Shown here piece by piece: positions 51,857 to 64,000 of a stretch of 64,000 bases of DNA. A program made the position numbers and the translations under genes. Every line of letters starts with the position of its first letter. The stretch's first letter is position 1. Source of the DNA: Octopus vulgaris (taxonomy: Eukaryota); NCBI GenBank assembly GCA_951406725.2, contig OX597830.1, positions 38,564,001 through 38,628,000 of the forward strand. Reading direction: 5' to 3'. The notes beneath the pieces were generated by a model, which did not search any database, was not told where the DNA came from, and was given only the letters and a program-made list of their open reading frames with translations.

Positions 51857-54023
51857 CGTTCTTCATTCGTTTATTACTTTTCTTATTAATACAGTCGTCA
51901 CATACACGATTATGAAATCAGTGCACGTCATACTGTATTGTTTCGAAAAAATTATGAAGCTGATTCCAACATCTGTCTGCGAGTATTTCCTCCTATTTCT
52001 CATTGGAGAGCGTAAAAAAACCCTCTTTTGATTTGAATTCATAAAGTTATGCTGCTTTTCCTTTCTGGATATAGTATTAGGGTAGAAGCGCCCATTGTAT
52101 AAACGTAATGCCGTTATAATTGTAAATTTCTCCGTGTAATATTTCATATTCGCAAGCTATGCTGTGGTTCTAAATTCAATACACGTTTACCTGAAAGTGT
52201 TTGTGTACGGACATTATTGCTGTGGATGAGTTGCTTCTGTTGATCCAAACAACGTTAGTATGCCGTTAAAGGCAGACAAAAACCAGTTTTTCTGATTTTG
52301 GAAAGCTTGAGTGGACTTACTAGCTTTTACTCTCTCTCTTTCTGTTTCATCACACTAACACAAATTGTTGTCCCGCTTTACATGTAATTTACAGGCAACT
52401 AAAACTAACAAGCTGCACGTTCGTATCTCCATATTCTTTTCGGGAAAGTTGCACTGATTTATAGATTCATACCTTTATGAAAACATATTGTTGCTCCATT
52501 CTATTATGGCCATTCAAAATATTATAAAAAATATCACAGAAAAACTGGATTGCTACAAGGACATGATATTACAAATTAGAAATTTCGCCTTCTTCATAGC
52601 TCTGTAGTAGAAAAGGGTATGCTTGAAATTAGTGGCCAGTCAATATGAATTTAGGATATTTCTCGCTACAAAAATTAAATTCTCACTCTCGGATATATTC
52701 ATATTTATATTGATGTCTGCAGAGAAAAACCCCATTCAATCTCATCATTTTTGTTTAGAAAAACCTCCAAACCTTCTCCTCAACCCAAGAAAACCATGAG
52801 ATCTCTATGAAAATTATCATGGCTTAAGAAGAGGGTGGGAGGCATCCCACGGCGAGAAAATCATTACAAAAGATTTCCTAAAAATACTAGACTGCTCTTC
52901 TCACCGAATGCTGCTAATTGCTTTTGTCTAAAGGCTGCGGATATGCGTTGGTCATTTGTTGGAAATTCAGTAGGAGTTTTAGCTTTTACGCAACTTTTGT
53001 TGTTTCTTCTTTATATCAAATAATTCTTTTTTAAAAATTCAGCAGCTGTTGTGAATTTAATAGACTCCTTGATTATAAAAAAAAAATATCTCGTTTTGTT
53101 CGAGCTATGAAAAACATATTTTGCTTTTCCTGCTGTTGCACAGATGTACAATAGAAAACTATTCCAATATCTCCTCAAAAATAACGAAACTCCAAGAATA
53201 GTTCAAAAGACAATTCTGTCAAGAAACGAATGACGACAAGACAGACGCTGAAACACTTAAATTCCTAGATGCTATTGTAGGTATATTCACTGGATGATTA
53301 AAAGTAATTTCATCACCACATAAATCCATTAACTACGTGCGTCAGTTGTATATAATTAATTTGGCGCCCAATTGGAGATTATATAACTGTGATTAATATT
53401 TATGCCATGTATGTAAAAATTTTAGCAATGATGCTAATTAATTTATTTTTATTTCATTTGTCTTTATTACATGAATGAATCACATGCCTTCATAATGGTA
53501 TACAATCTTAATGTAATATTCCGTCTATTTCCGGAAGAATCGGTGAATCTGAAAACTGGAGGCGATATTTTGCAATGCACAGGAGCTTAAATTCAGACGA
53601 AAGGATTTAATTAAGTTAAAGGCGAGAATTTTAAATCAGAGTAGTGACAATTACGCCACTGTATATTTTCACACCCGCCTATTCTTCTGTGCCTTAAATG
53701 ATCACCAAACATTCTCTCATTATTCATCCTACTCTGCAAATTTCTGTCTATTAAACAATCATATATTATATCTGTGCCATTGCAGTCCTTATATGAGACA
53801 CACATACGAAACATTATGTGTGTGTCGTATAACCAGCTAGAGACGATGTTTCCGGGGGTTAAATAAAAATACCATTCGTCTTTACCAGGACTGAAAAATA
53901 GTCTTTACGATATATATATATATATATATATCAGTTTATGAATTTGTGTTGCGAGATTCTTGATTTGAAGTAGTGTGTTGAAATAGATATTGTTGTATTT
54001 TGGGATGGTCATTTTTAATATAT

Positions 54024-54092
<69 letters not shown>

Positions 54093-54154
54093 TGTGTGTG
54101 CGTGTGTGTGTGTGCGTGTGTGTGTGCGTGTGTACGTGTGTGTGTATGACAGTG

Positions 54155-54477
54155 CATGCCTACGTGGTCAGGGCATTCGGCTCACGATTGTAAGATCGTC
54201 AGTTCAATTCTCAGTGAGGTATTGTGTCCTTCAGCAGAAATGACTTTATTTCACGTTGCTCCAGTCCACTCAGCAGGCAAAAATCAGAAGTTCATCTCTA
54301 TTTCAAAAGACCCAGCCTTGGCACACTCCATGTCACGCTGAATTTCCCAATGAGCTACGTTAAGGGGTAAGGGTACGCCTGTCTGTGGAATGCTCAGCTA
54401 CTTGCACGTTAACCTCACGAGCAAGCTGTTCCGTTGATCAGATCAACTGAAACACTCGTCGTCGTTACCGACGGAGC

Positions 54478-54480
<3 letters not shown>
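54155..54480 (+). mobile_element. tRNA-derived SINE
   Basis: GCCTACGTGGTCAGGG...AGTTCAATTC head; body related to 40270-40575; ends at (TA)n. Confidence 0.6.
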
Positions 54481-54555
<75 letters not shown>

Positions 54556-54602
54556 TGTGTGTGTGTATGTGTGTAGAAGGTTGAAAAGGAACACACGAGT
54601 TG

Positions 54603-54933
54603 ATATATATGGAAAAATGTTAAGATAGAAAATGCTAAAATAATTTTATAAAAAACATTTCAGTACCGGTTTCAGTCATTGAGAAGTTTTCAACTGTAAG
54701 TATAGAAAACAATTGAATATGGAAAAATTAATAGAAAAGTTTTTTAAAAGAATATTTGTATAGTGTTCAAATACAAGTGGCATTTTCCTTGTTTCTCCCT
54801 GTCTCTGTCACTTTTGTTTACTCTTGTCTCAAGAGAGACCGGCAGAAACAAGGAAAATGCCACTGCACTGAAACCGGTACTGAAATGTTTTTTTATAAAA
54901 TTATTTTAGCATTATCTTTCTTGACATTTTTCC

Positions 54934-54940
<7 letters not shown>
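54603..54940. repeat. Nested fold-back insert (outer ~70-bp and inner ~21-bp inverted repeats)
   Basis: Outer arms 54603-54675 / 54867-54940; inner arms AGTGGCATTTTCCTTGTTTCT (54776-54796) / AGAAACAAGGAAAATGCCACT (54844-54864). Confidence 0.9.
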
Positions 54941-54980
<40 letters not shown>

Positions 54981-55884
54981 CGTGTGTGTGTGTGTGTATA
55001 CGTATGTATAGGTACAAAAAAGGAGAAAATAATCGAGAACAAATGGATGTAATAACTGAGAAATTTGCATGTTGTAGGAAGATGACACCTTTTTAAAAAA
55101 CATTACAAATAAATTGCAGGTTGAAAGCGAATAAAAGTTAATAAAATACATAAGAAGAACCTGCATATATGTTTCTGTCAAAAATAAGTAGTTAGGAATG
55201 TCCAAAAGGATGTTTAATATCAAGAAAATTTTTTATCCGAAATACAGAATGTACTGGAAGCATTCCCATAGAAATTTTGAACACTACATTATAAAGTCTC
55301 CTACCTAAACTTTAATATATATATATATATTCAGATGTGTGTATGTTTGTGTGCGTCTGTATGCTTGAACGCGTGTTTGAGTGCGTTTGCGCCTAATGTG
55401 TTGCTGTGTAATATCTTTAATTTTGAATTTACTGATTACTCCAAATTAAATGGAGAGGCAGATTCTAAAATGTACTCAGAATAATATTTTAATAAATCTA
55501 ACTTAATAAACACTTGACATATTATTTTCATGGCTTCCTTTGTCTATTGAAGGACCGCAGGCCCAAATTAATTTTGTTTCATTTCATTATTAGAAGTATT
55601 GATGATGGTTTTAATGGTTGTATTCTTTCATCTTTTAAGGTATATGTTTACGTTTATTTTTTATTTAGTATTTTTATTTCCATTTAAATATTTGAAACTT
55701 AATTTGATTCATGTAATTCACCAGTTTACTTTTTTGGCGATATAGTGAACTTAATACTACACGGATGATGGGGAGTTTTTTTCGTCTGAAGGAACAAAAA
55801 TGAATTCATATGGCAAGAGTTTTAGAGAAAACAGTGCAAACGTGCTTAACTGTTTGCACCATATTATTATGTACTTCCTGTAAA

Positions 55885-56265
55885 GTTGCGTGCTTGCAGA
55901 ACTGTTAGCATGCTGGGCGAAATGCTTAGTAGTATTTCGTCTGCCACTACGTTCTGAGTTCAAATTCAGCCGAGGTCGACTTTGCCTTTCATCCTTTCGG
56001 TGTCAATTAAATAAGTGCCAGTTACGCACTGGGGTCGATATAATCGACTTAATCCGTTTGTCTGTCCTTGTTTGTCCTCTCTGTGTTTAGCCTCTTGTGG
56101 GTAGTAAAGATATAGGTATTTCCTTCTGATTTCTAATTCCGCCGAGTTTGACTTACCCTTTCATCCTTTTGGATGGATAAAATATGTACCACTTAAAGAC
56201 TGGGTCGATGTGATCGACTTATTCCCCAAATTGCTGGCCTCGTGGCAAAATTTGAAACCGTTATT
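55885..56265 (+). mobile_element. Dimeric SINE copy
   Basis: Colinear with 17511-17910. Confidence 0.8.
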
Positions 56266-56506
56266 ACCTGTTTCATAATTTTCTCTATAACCTTTTTGTT
56301 TTCACAAATGAGTGAAAGAAAACCATGCATTACATTCAAAAGAAAATCATGGCAACACGATACTTGAATAATCTCAAACAAACAATAAAAAGAAGGGATA
56401 TAAAAATTCTGTTATTTGTAAGAAATATAAAGAAAGTTAACACTTTCTATTAAAATTTGAGGAGAGAGGCCCAGTCGATTAGATCGACCCCGAGAATACG
56501 AAAGGT

Positions 56507-58979
56507 AAGTTAGTTAGTTAGTTAGTTAGTTAGTTAATTTGGCTCAAAAGCAAATAGCAAGGCCATGTAGGGGGACATGGAGTTAAGTACAGGGTGGTGT
56601 TCATGTAAAGAGTTCAGGCCACTTGAGGTCCAGGGAGGCTTTGAACAAAGCGGTCGTCGGCATCTTCACCATCTCGTCTGGCAGCTTGTTCCACGGATCC
56701 GCAACCCGGACGGAGAAAGCTCCTCTCCTTCGATTGAGATGAAATCGTCGCAGGTAGAGCTTTTCGGAATGACCCCACAGCCGACGCTCCGGAGCAGGAG
56801 TGAAGAACAGCTCTTTCGAGAGGTTACACTTCCCGCTTATGATGTTGTGGGCGAGAATGAGATCACCACGGCGGCGGCGTTTTTCAAGAGAATAAAGGTC
56901 GAGCGTCCTCAGCCTTTCTTCGTAGGACAAATTTTTGAGACCATGAACCATGCGGGTAGCCAGCCTCTGGACTCTTTCGAGGTGCTGTATGTCTTTGAGG
57001 AGATAAGGAGAAGAGGCTTGAATCCCATATTCCAATATGGGTCTCACCAGCGTGACATAGAATGGCAGGAATATGGCTGCTGTGAGCATTCCGTATGACC
57101 GTCGAATCAAAAACAGAATTCCGCGCGCTTTGTTGGCAGCATGGACGCACTGGGCCGAAGGCGAAAAGGAGGAATCCACCAAGATACCCAGGTCCTTTAC
57201 CTGATCGGTCCTCTCCAGCAGCAGACGACCCGGCTCGAAATCAAGTTGAGTTGCAGGAGTAGAGCCGACAGGCAGATGACAGCACTTTGACACGTTCAGA
57301 CACAGGTCCCAATCGTTAGACCACTTCCAAATTTGGTGGAGGCATCGACGAAGATCCTCTATACTACCGCGAGGAGCGACCAGTTTGATATCGTCGGCAA
57401 ATAGAAGGGTGTGTTGCGTGAGGTCGTCGGGCAAGTCATTTATGAAGACTAAGAACAACAAGGGCCCAAGCACTGAACCTTGAGGCACGCCACTGCTCGC
57501 ACTGGAGACGTCGGACCGCGAACCATTAACTTGAACTTGGAAGGAGCGATCTGAGAGGAAGGCACCAACCCATCGTACAATATCCGGATGGAAACTATAT
57601 GCTTGAAGCTTGACAAGTAGTAGGCGATGGTTTACCGAGTCAAAAGCTTTGGCAAAGTCCAATAAAACGATGTCAACAGCATCATTATCATCGAGGATGC
57701 GCGTCACCAATTCTTCCATTACTAGTAAGTTGGTCAAGCATGATCTCTTCGGCACGAAGCCGTGTTGGGAATCAGTGATCGAGGCTGTGTTTAGGAGGTG
57801 GAGCATCATACTTTTCTTAAGGATGGTTTCGAACATCTTGCTGATTATTGATGTAAGGGAAACCGGTCGGTAGTTAAGCGGGTCTTCGCGGCTCCCTTTC
57901 TTGAAAATTGGGCAGATTATCGCTGTTCTCCAGTCTGAAGGTATAACACCCGTCGCCAATGACATATTGAATAGTCGTGTTAAGGGCTCGCAGATGACCG
58001 GAGCCAACGCTTTGATAACCCGTGGGTGTATGCCGTCAGGGCTGTGACCCTTGTTGACATCGAGGCCTTGAATAACACGTTTGACTTGGTCCCGCGTGAT
58101 GATCAATCGAAGCATTGGAGGTACCGATCTATCAAATGGAGGGGGTTCACGACCATCATCTTGTTTGAAAATAGTTGAAAAAGCCTCGGCAAATAATTGA
58201 CTCTGTTGATAAGGGTCCTCAATCGATACGCCTGTTGAGTCTACCAACGTTGCAATCTGGTTGTTCAAGCGGGAATTCCGCTGGACATGGGCAAAGAAGG
58301 TTTTTGGATCGCTACTGGCATTTGCCGCGATTTTGTATTCATAACTGAAGCGTTCTTTCTTTTCAATTTTCACGGCTCGGTCTCGTTGAGTTTTGTACAC
58401 CTCAAAAGCTGCAGTCGAATCCAGATTTTTGAATTCAGCCCAAGCAATATCTCTGAGTCGACGTTCTCGTTTAACCTTCTTCGTCACCCAGGGCTTGTGT
58501 TTCTTCCTCTTGGGAAGTCCAACGGGAACTGCCTGGTCAGTCAAACAGATTACATATGCTTTGAGGGATGACCATAGTTCGTGAACTGAGGACAACGTCA
58601 TCAGGGAACGCCAGTCCAGAAGCACGGAAGCCTCGGTTAGAATTTCAAGATTAATTGCAGAGAAGACACTACGTGGCAGCGAAGTAATCGTGGGCGTGGA
58701 AAAAGTTGTGTGCATGACGAACTTCAGGACCGCATGATCACTCTTGGCAAGAGGGGCGCACACAGATACGTCTGACACTGATCTTGGATAGCGGGAGAAT
58801 ACCAGATCTAGCATAGATGGCTGCTGCCCAGACCGATGCCTTGTCGGATATTCAACATGTTGCGAGAGAAAACAATCTTCAGCCACGTCAAGAAGGGCCT
58901 GGCCGAACCGGGAAGATGTTGTACAAATTGATGCGGGCCAATCGATCGTGGGAGCGTTGAAGTCGCCTAGTACCAGTAA
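56507..58979 (-). mobile_element. 5'-truncated CR1-group LINE with (TAAC)n tail
   Basis: (AGTT)n at 56507-56536 on +, a short 3' UTR and an uninterrupted ORF2; visibly more GC-rich than the flanks; splits a SINE (halves at 56460-56506 and 59095-59176). Confidence 0.95.
56601..58979 (-). CDS. LINE ORF2 fragment: C-terminal part of the AP endonuclease plus complete reverse transcriptase (~790 aa, no native start)
   Basis: LVLGDFN, LDLVFS, SDH (APE); YRPVSLTS, QHGF, LDFAKAFDSV, GVPQGSVLGPLLF, LFADD, KDLGI, RRRRGDLI (CR1-type RT and C-terminus). The first ~25 aa of the 816-aa track ORF come from flanking DNA. Confidence 0.92.
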   Translation of the reverse strand, partial: LLVLGDFNAPTIDWPASICTTSSRFGQALLDVAEDCFLSQHVEYPTRHRSGQQPSMLDLVFSRYPRSVSDVSVCAPLAKSDHAVLKFVMHTTFSTPTITSLPRSVFSAINLEILTEASVLLDWRSLMTLSSVHELWSSLKAYVICLTDQAVPVGLPKRKKHKPWVTKKVKRERRLRDIAWAEFKNLDSTAAFEVYKTQRDRAVKIEKKERFSYEYKIAANASSDPKTFFAHVQRNSRLNNQIATLVDSTGVSIEDPYQQSQLFAEAFSTIFKQDDGREPPPFDRSVPPMLRLIITRDQVKRVIQGLDVNKGHSPDGIHPRVIKALAPVICEPLTRLFNMSLATGVIPSDWRTAIICPIFKKGSREDPLNYRPVSLTSIISKMFETILKKSMMLHLLNTASITDSQHGFVPKRSCLTNLLVMEELVTRILDDNDAVDIVLLDFAKAFDSVNHRLLLVKLQAYSFHPDIVRWVGAFLSDRSFQVQVNGSRSDVSSASSGVPQGSVLGPLLFLVFINDLPDDLTQHTLLFADDIKLVAPRGSIEDLRRCLHQIWKWSNDWDLCLNVSKCCHLPVGSTPATQLDFEPGRLLLERTDQVKDLGILVDSSFSPSAQCVHAANKARGILFLIRRSYGMLTAAIFLPFYVTLVRPILEYGIQASSPYLLKDIQHLERVQRLATRMVHGLKNLSYEERLRTLDLYSLEKRRRRGDLILAHNIISGKCNLSKELFFTPAPERRLWGHSEKLYLRRFHLNRRRGAFSVRVADPWNKLPDEMVKMPTTALFKASLDLKWPELFT

Positions 58980-59420
58980 TGTATATGTGTGCGTGCGTGC
59001 GCGTGCATGTGTGAAATTGTGAGAAAGTGATTGGAAAATGCAGTGTGACAAAGTAAAGAAGAGGAAAAAGCAGCCAGAAGAGGCCTAGTAATGTCGAGCT
59101 CAGAACGTAGAGACGGTCAAAATTCCGCTACGCATTTCCTCTGGCCTGCTACCGTTTCTGCCAACTCACCGCCTTTGTATGAAGAAAGGATTAAAACCAA
59201 CAGTATTGCCTTTCTGAAATTTGAAATGATCATATATCACCATCTGAAGTTGAAGATAAGGACAATATATTCTACAATTTAAATAGAAATCTAAGTATTA
59301 CAGAATATACACATGGCCTCTTCTGTCTGCGTTTTCCTCTTCTTTACTTTGTCACACTGCATTTTCCAATCACTTTCTCACAATTTCACACATGCACGCG
59401 CACGCACGCACACATGTACA
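58980..59420. repeat. 106-bp inverted duplication at the LINE 5' junction
   Basis: 58980-59085 is the reverse complement of 59315-59420 with 3 mismatches by eye. Confidence 0.92.
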
Positions 59421-61263
59421 CCCTCTCTCTCTCCTTCCCTCTCTCTCCTTCCCTTTCTATCCTTCCTTCACTGTCTGTCTGCCTGTCTCACTCGTGAGAT
59501 GAAAGAGGAGGTGTAGATAATAGAAAAGCAGTATCAGGAAATTGCCCTTCATTTTAGTTTGTGATGAAGTGTAGAAAGTTGCCAAGTATGACAGATTACA
59601 ATAAATATATAAACAACTCCTCTATTGATAAGGTATCCTCGTTTTCGGTTGGTGTCTAACATGTTAGGTATCGGGGATGGCTGTGTTATCTGTATAGTAT
59701 ATGTGTACAAGTTACTATCTGTATCTTTGTACTATGTGCTTCTTTTGAAGAATATTCTGAAATATATGTCTGCATATAGGAATAGTTGTATAGTAATGTA
59801 GACATGGGTGTGAGCGTGCATCTGTGTGTGTGAGTATATGTGAGTGTGAGTGTATGTGTGTATGTATGTATTTTCCTGTATATGTGAGAGTATACGCTGA
59901 ATGTAACCAGTCTCACAATACCATATGTCACAATGTAAAAGTTTTGTGTAGCGAATTATACTATGACACTCTAACCCATCCCTACTCACACTTCGCTTTG
60001 AGCCTTATCCTCGGCTTCTATCACTCTTTTCTTTATCTGTACCCTCTGATTCATATCTTTTCAATTTATAAAAGTTTCTGATTAAATTTGGCTGGGATAT
60101 TCACAGACACAAAGACTTGCCTCAATGTTATGTAAAGAACGTTATATCCATAACTCCGATAGTTAGAACGCTCTTGTCTTAAATCATTCATTTTTTCTTT
60201 TATTCAGGCTTCACTTTTGTTGATCTACTTTCGTTTAATTTGGTCTATATTCTATAGTGGTTCGTGGATTTAGAATCTGTTGTGCTGCTTGTTTTATATT
60301 GATTATTTTATTTTGTATGCGTTGGTGCAATTCTCCAGGTTGCCTTCCCGTCGTTTCAGTTTTTATAGTACTATTTCTTTCAAGCCTCTTCTTTCTACTT
60401 TTACGTTTTAGACTCTGAGGAGGTATCACATTAAGTTAGCCTGTTTATCTGCGTTCATATATGCTTTCAATTCAATTTCGTATTTGGTCAAAGCAATTTA
60501 AATGTTTGAGAAAAGAGTGGCTGTGAAATTACGCTTGTAGTATCAAAAATATTCCTCTCGTGTATCCTGCTTAAGGATTTATTATTTTCCTTAGGTACCA
60601 GATTACTCATTCTATGCTAGACTGAGATACGCTCTACTGCATATTTGGAATACTATAACCATAAATTTCACCATAAATATGTCCATTTAACTTTCGACTA
60701 ATGGATATCGTTTTTTTAATGCTTTTAATTCCTTGTGTGTGTGTATGTCTGTGTCCCCCGTCTGTTTGTCTTTGTATGAGTGCGTGTCTCTTTATTTAAT
60801 ATTCATATAGGTGCTAATTAATAAAATACCCATAATACATTAACAATGCTATAAAAATCAACGTAATAGAACTAATCAATATATTACACAGAATTCCTAC
60901 GGAATATTTGTACTTAGTGATAGATATTTAACCTATAGTGAAACATTTCAGCAGTGCACTGGAGTGACATCGAAGCGAAACGTCATATTTTTCTAACCGA
61001 TTAAACTGCATTACATATGTGTGTGTGTGTATGTGTGAATGCATGTGTGTGTGTATGCGCGTACGCGAATTTGTGTATGTATGTGTGTGCATATGCTTAT
61101 GCGTGTGTGCTTATACGTGTGGGTATGTGCGCATGTACGTCAGTGCGGGTGGGATGTTTTCATTCTGAATTCAACCTCAAGTGTAACCCTCTTCACATAA
61201 CGTTCTTTCATTTATGGTCGGCAAGTTGTGCGTGACTAATGCACAATGAATCAAGCCATCTCC

Positions 61264-61301
<38 letters not shown>

Positions 61302-61449
61302 ATTGCTTGTAAATTAATACACAATAATAGCTCTGTATTTGTACCTGTTGTTCTAATTATTTGTGTTGCAACTGAAATTCCCCACCTTATAATGTAGATA
61401 TTTTTATCAAATCTTCCACCGAATTATATTAGGCTTAATCTCTACACTT

Positions 61450-62220
61450 GCTCAGAAAGGAATATAAATCGTTCTCGTTTCATACTCTGCTGCGTTAATA
61501 ATTATTTTACTTTGGATCTTTTGCTATCGATTTCACTTTCGGCGAATCAGATAGATTAATTTAGATTCTTGGGGAGAACTTCGGACATAAGTATCGCTAG
61601 TAAATGAACCTAGTAAAGTGCTGGAAGGTAAGAAATACAAGATGTAGGACTCTAACATTCCGACTGACTGAATAATAGAAGTTAGAAGGCTCCATTTGGT
61701 AGTAGTAGATAAAGAGAATACAAAGTGCCAGGTAATTGATTTTGCAGTCCCAAATGATGAAAAAGATTTATGAGCGGTATAGAGGAAATAGCAACGTGCG
61801 AAGACATAGCTATTGGATTACAGATACTATAGAAAGTGCGGGTAAAATGTACCGCAGTAGTTATAGGTGCACTGGGAACTCTCCCTAAATATTTGAACAG
61901 ATAGATAGAGGAAAGAGTTATAAAATCCAGTTTAATACAGGTCCAGAAAACAGTGTTATTATGGACAGCTAGGATAATAAGGAAGATTCTTGGCATCTAA
62001 GGATACTTGCTGTAGCCTATTAGCAGGGTTCATGGCATCTCCGTCCACTTGCTGTAGCTCGATGTTAGGATTCCTTTCGGAAAGGAACATAAATCCTTCT
62101 CGCTTCATACTCTGCTGCGTTAATAATTATTTTACTTTGATCTTCCGCCATCGATTTCACTCGCGGCGAATCAGATAGAACAATTCAGATTCTTGGGGAT
62201 AACTTCGGACATAGTTATCG
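61450..62220 (+). repeat. ~145-bp diverged direct repeats (61450-61597 and 62075-62220)
   Basis: Shared TTCATACTCTGCTGCGTTAATAATTATTTTACTTTG...GGCGAATCAGATAGA...AACTTCGGACATA. Confidence 0.9.
61695..62060 (+). mobile_element. 3' fragment of an RLE-type (R4/Dong-like) LINE
   Basis: VVVDKENTKCQVIDFAVPND ... AVVIGALGTLP ... VQKTVLLWTARIIRKILGI*. Confidence 0.75.
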
Positions 62221-62344
62221 TTGATTAGAGCTTATCATGTACTAAAGATGGAAAGGGGCATTAACAACAACATCATCATCAGAAAGTGTATTTACGTGAT
62301 TATTTTATCTGCCCAAAATAACAGAGATACCAGCTTGTATTCTT

Positions 62345-62512
62345 TTTGTATTCTTTTACTTGAGTTATTTGACTCAGTCCATACTGGAGGACCCAAGGAT
62401 TTATTCTTTGTAAGCCCTGTACTTATACTATTGGTGCCACGCTGTGAGACTAAACCCAGGACCATGTTGTTAGGAAGCAGACTTCTTACCCCTCAGCCAC
62501 GCTTGCGCCTAT
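62345..62512 (-). mobile_element. Internally deleted tRNA-derived SINE
   Basis: Head homologous to 43560-43640; tail homologous to 42715. Confidence 0.55.
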
Positions 62513-63599
62513 TTTAAAAGATGAAATATTAACTACAAATGCAATTCAAGAAATAGGAAATGATAGATTAATCCCGGACGGAACGTATTTTCCCTTAGGT
62601 TCACTCTAACATTGAAGTATTTTCGATAAATAACAAAAAACAATTAAATAGAAATATTTATAATATGCATATGTTTGTGATAAATATGGTAATTTGGTGC
62701 ATTAATTCTGGTAATCTAATGTTCAGATGGATAACGTCATAAAAAATAAAATAATATAGATTATGTTTATTCTATAACACAAAACGAAGATTTATAATAA
62801 CAGTAATGATCGTCAGAATTATGATGCACGTAGGAGGACGAGGAGTCGGAAGACGAGAGACATGTGATTGCGTAGTGAAACAATCTAATTTCACACACAT
62901 TCCTTTTGTCTGCTATCCCCCTGCTCTTACTCTTCGCCACCGCCTCTCCTTTTCACTAGCAGCCGTAGCGGCATTTCCTTTGTCGAAAACTATGAGTATA
63001 TTTGTATACTTATTTTACTTTCCGCCAGACACAATGAATTAAAGTGTTTTCAATAAATAAGTGACAATCTATAGTAGAAATGCATAAGTTACTTAATGTA
63101 AATAAAGTAATATCTTCAATTTTATAATGAAAACTATCTATCTTACAAGTAGAAAACAATAAACAGACTGAAAGTGAGAAGCATTGTTGAAATCTCAGAC
63201 ATGTTGTAACACGAGTGGGTTTCTGTTATCAGGAAACTAAAAGAGTCTTACTGTCTCCTCAGTTATACTGGCAGGTTTATAAAGATGTTATCAAGGTAAA
63301 GCTACTGACTTTAATTCTGAACCTTACAAGTGTAAGATTTCTGAAACTTACACGCGCAAGCCCTTAAGTACAAGCGCAATTTAACTATACGTCTCTATAT
63401 GATCGTCAAAATTTATGTTGGAGATGACCAAAATATACTTAATAACATAAAGGCAAATAATTTTTTGAATTAATATTTTTCAAAATTTCAAACAATCAAC
63501 ATAAGCATTTTATTTTTTTCATTTCGATTATTGCAATCTTACGCGTGCCTGCCTACATACATATATAGGTGTATAAGTATGTGTGCATAAATATGCATA

Positions 63600-63760
63600 A
63601 ATGGGACATTACCTGATGGGAAAATGCAAAAGCCGAATCGACCACATCATAATAAAAAAAAATGGCGACGATCCCTACGTCATGTGCGAGTGATCCGATT
63701 GTAGACGTCGGCAGTGATCACTACTTACTCAGCAAAACGCAGACTCAAACTAAACAAATA
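63600..63760 (+). pseudogene. RTE-type AP endonuclease relic
   Basis: PDG ... IDHII ... KWRRSLRHVRV ... VDVGSDHYLL across frameshifts. Confidence 0.65.
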
Positions 63761-64000
63761 TTTCGTATAGCAAATGCAGTTTTGTGCAAATGAAAATGAT
63801 TACTCAGTTCCTGATATATTGACCTTTGATTATCAATATTAAGCTTCTTACTCGGCTAATGTAGAGCATATATACGGCTAAAGCATATGTATATATATTG
63901 AGTTCCACCAAGTGGTGATTGGCATAGGTAACCTTTAAAAATTAAACTCTTTCTCTATATATAATATATGAATCTATCCATCCATACGTATATGTGTATA

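Noticed and set aside
53611-53814. Possible third GIY-YIG relic (DIIY...RNLQSRM)
   Set aside because: It lacks the YIG motif; the similarity is too weak.
58980-59051. N-terminus of the 816-aa ORF as a genuine start
   Set aside because: It lies in the inverted duplicate of flanking DNA (the same peptide appears in ORF 59313-59516), and the start codon is not ATG.

Overview
AT-rich, microsatellite-dense animal genomic DNA. The SINE repertoire and repeat style suggest a cephalopod (octopus-like) genome, which is an inference. I found no convincing host protein-coding exon; nearly all ORFs in the track are microsatellite or antisense artefacts. The window is mostly mobile-element remains: R4/Dong-type and RTE LINE relics, a 5'-truncated but open CR1-type LINE ORF2 (56.5-59.0 kb), a Gypsy relic, Tc3-like and maT-like DNA transposons, many tRNA-derived SINEs, several Penelope-like element (PLE) relics and a 100-N gap. 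The standout is at 5651-8449: a (TA)n-embedded, near-identical tandem array of about 491-bp non-coding units. Each full unit carries a complete type I hammerhead ribozyme with a palindromic helix III and an unusually long, G:U-rich helix II extension. The array begins at the predicted self-cleavage site and is preceded by an inverted partial copy, the expected footprint of a retrozyme or PLE-mobilised self-cleaving RNA. Further minimal or variant hammerhead motifs and fold-back inserts occur at about 14.5, 15.4, 19.4, 28.0, 32.0, 43.3 and 54.7 kb. One PLE terminal repeat combines a tRNA-like Pol III head, a microsatellite and a hammerhead. All structures and translations were read by eye; no folding or database search was run.
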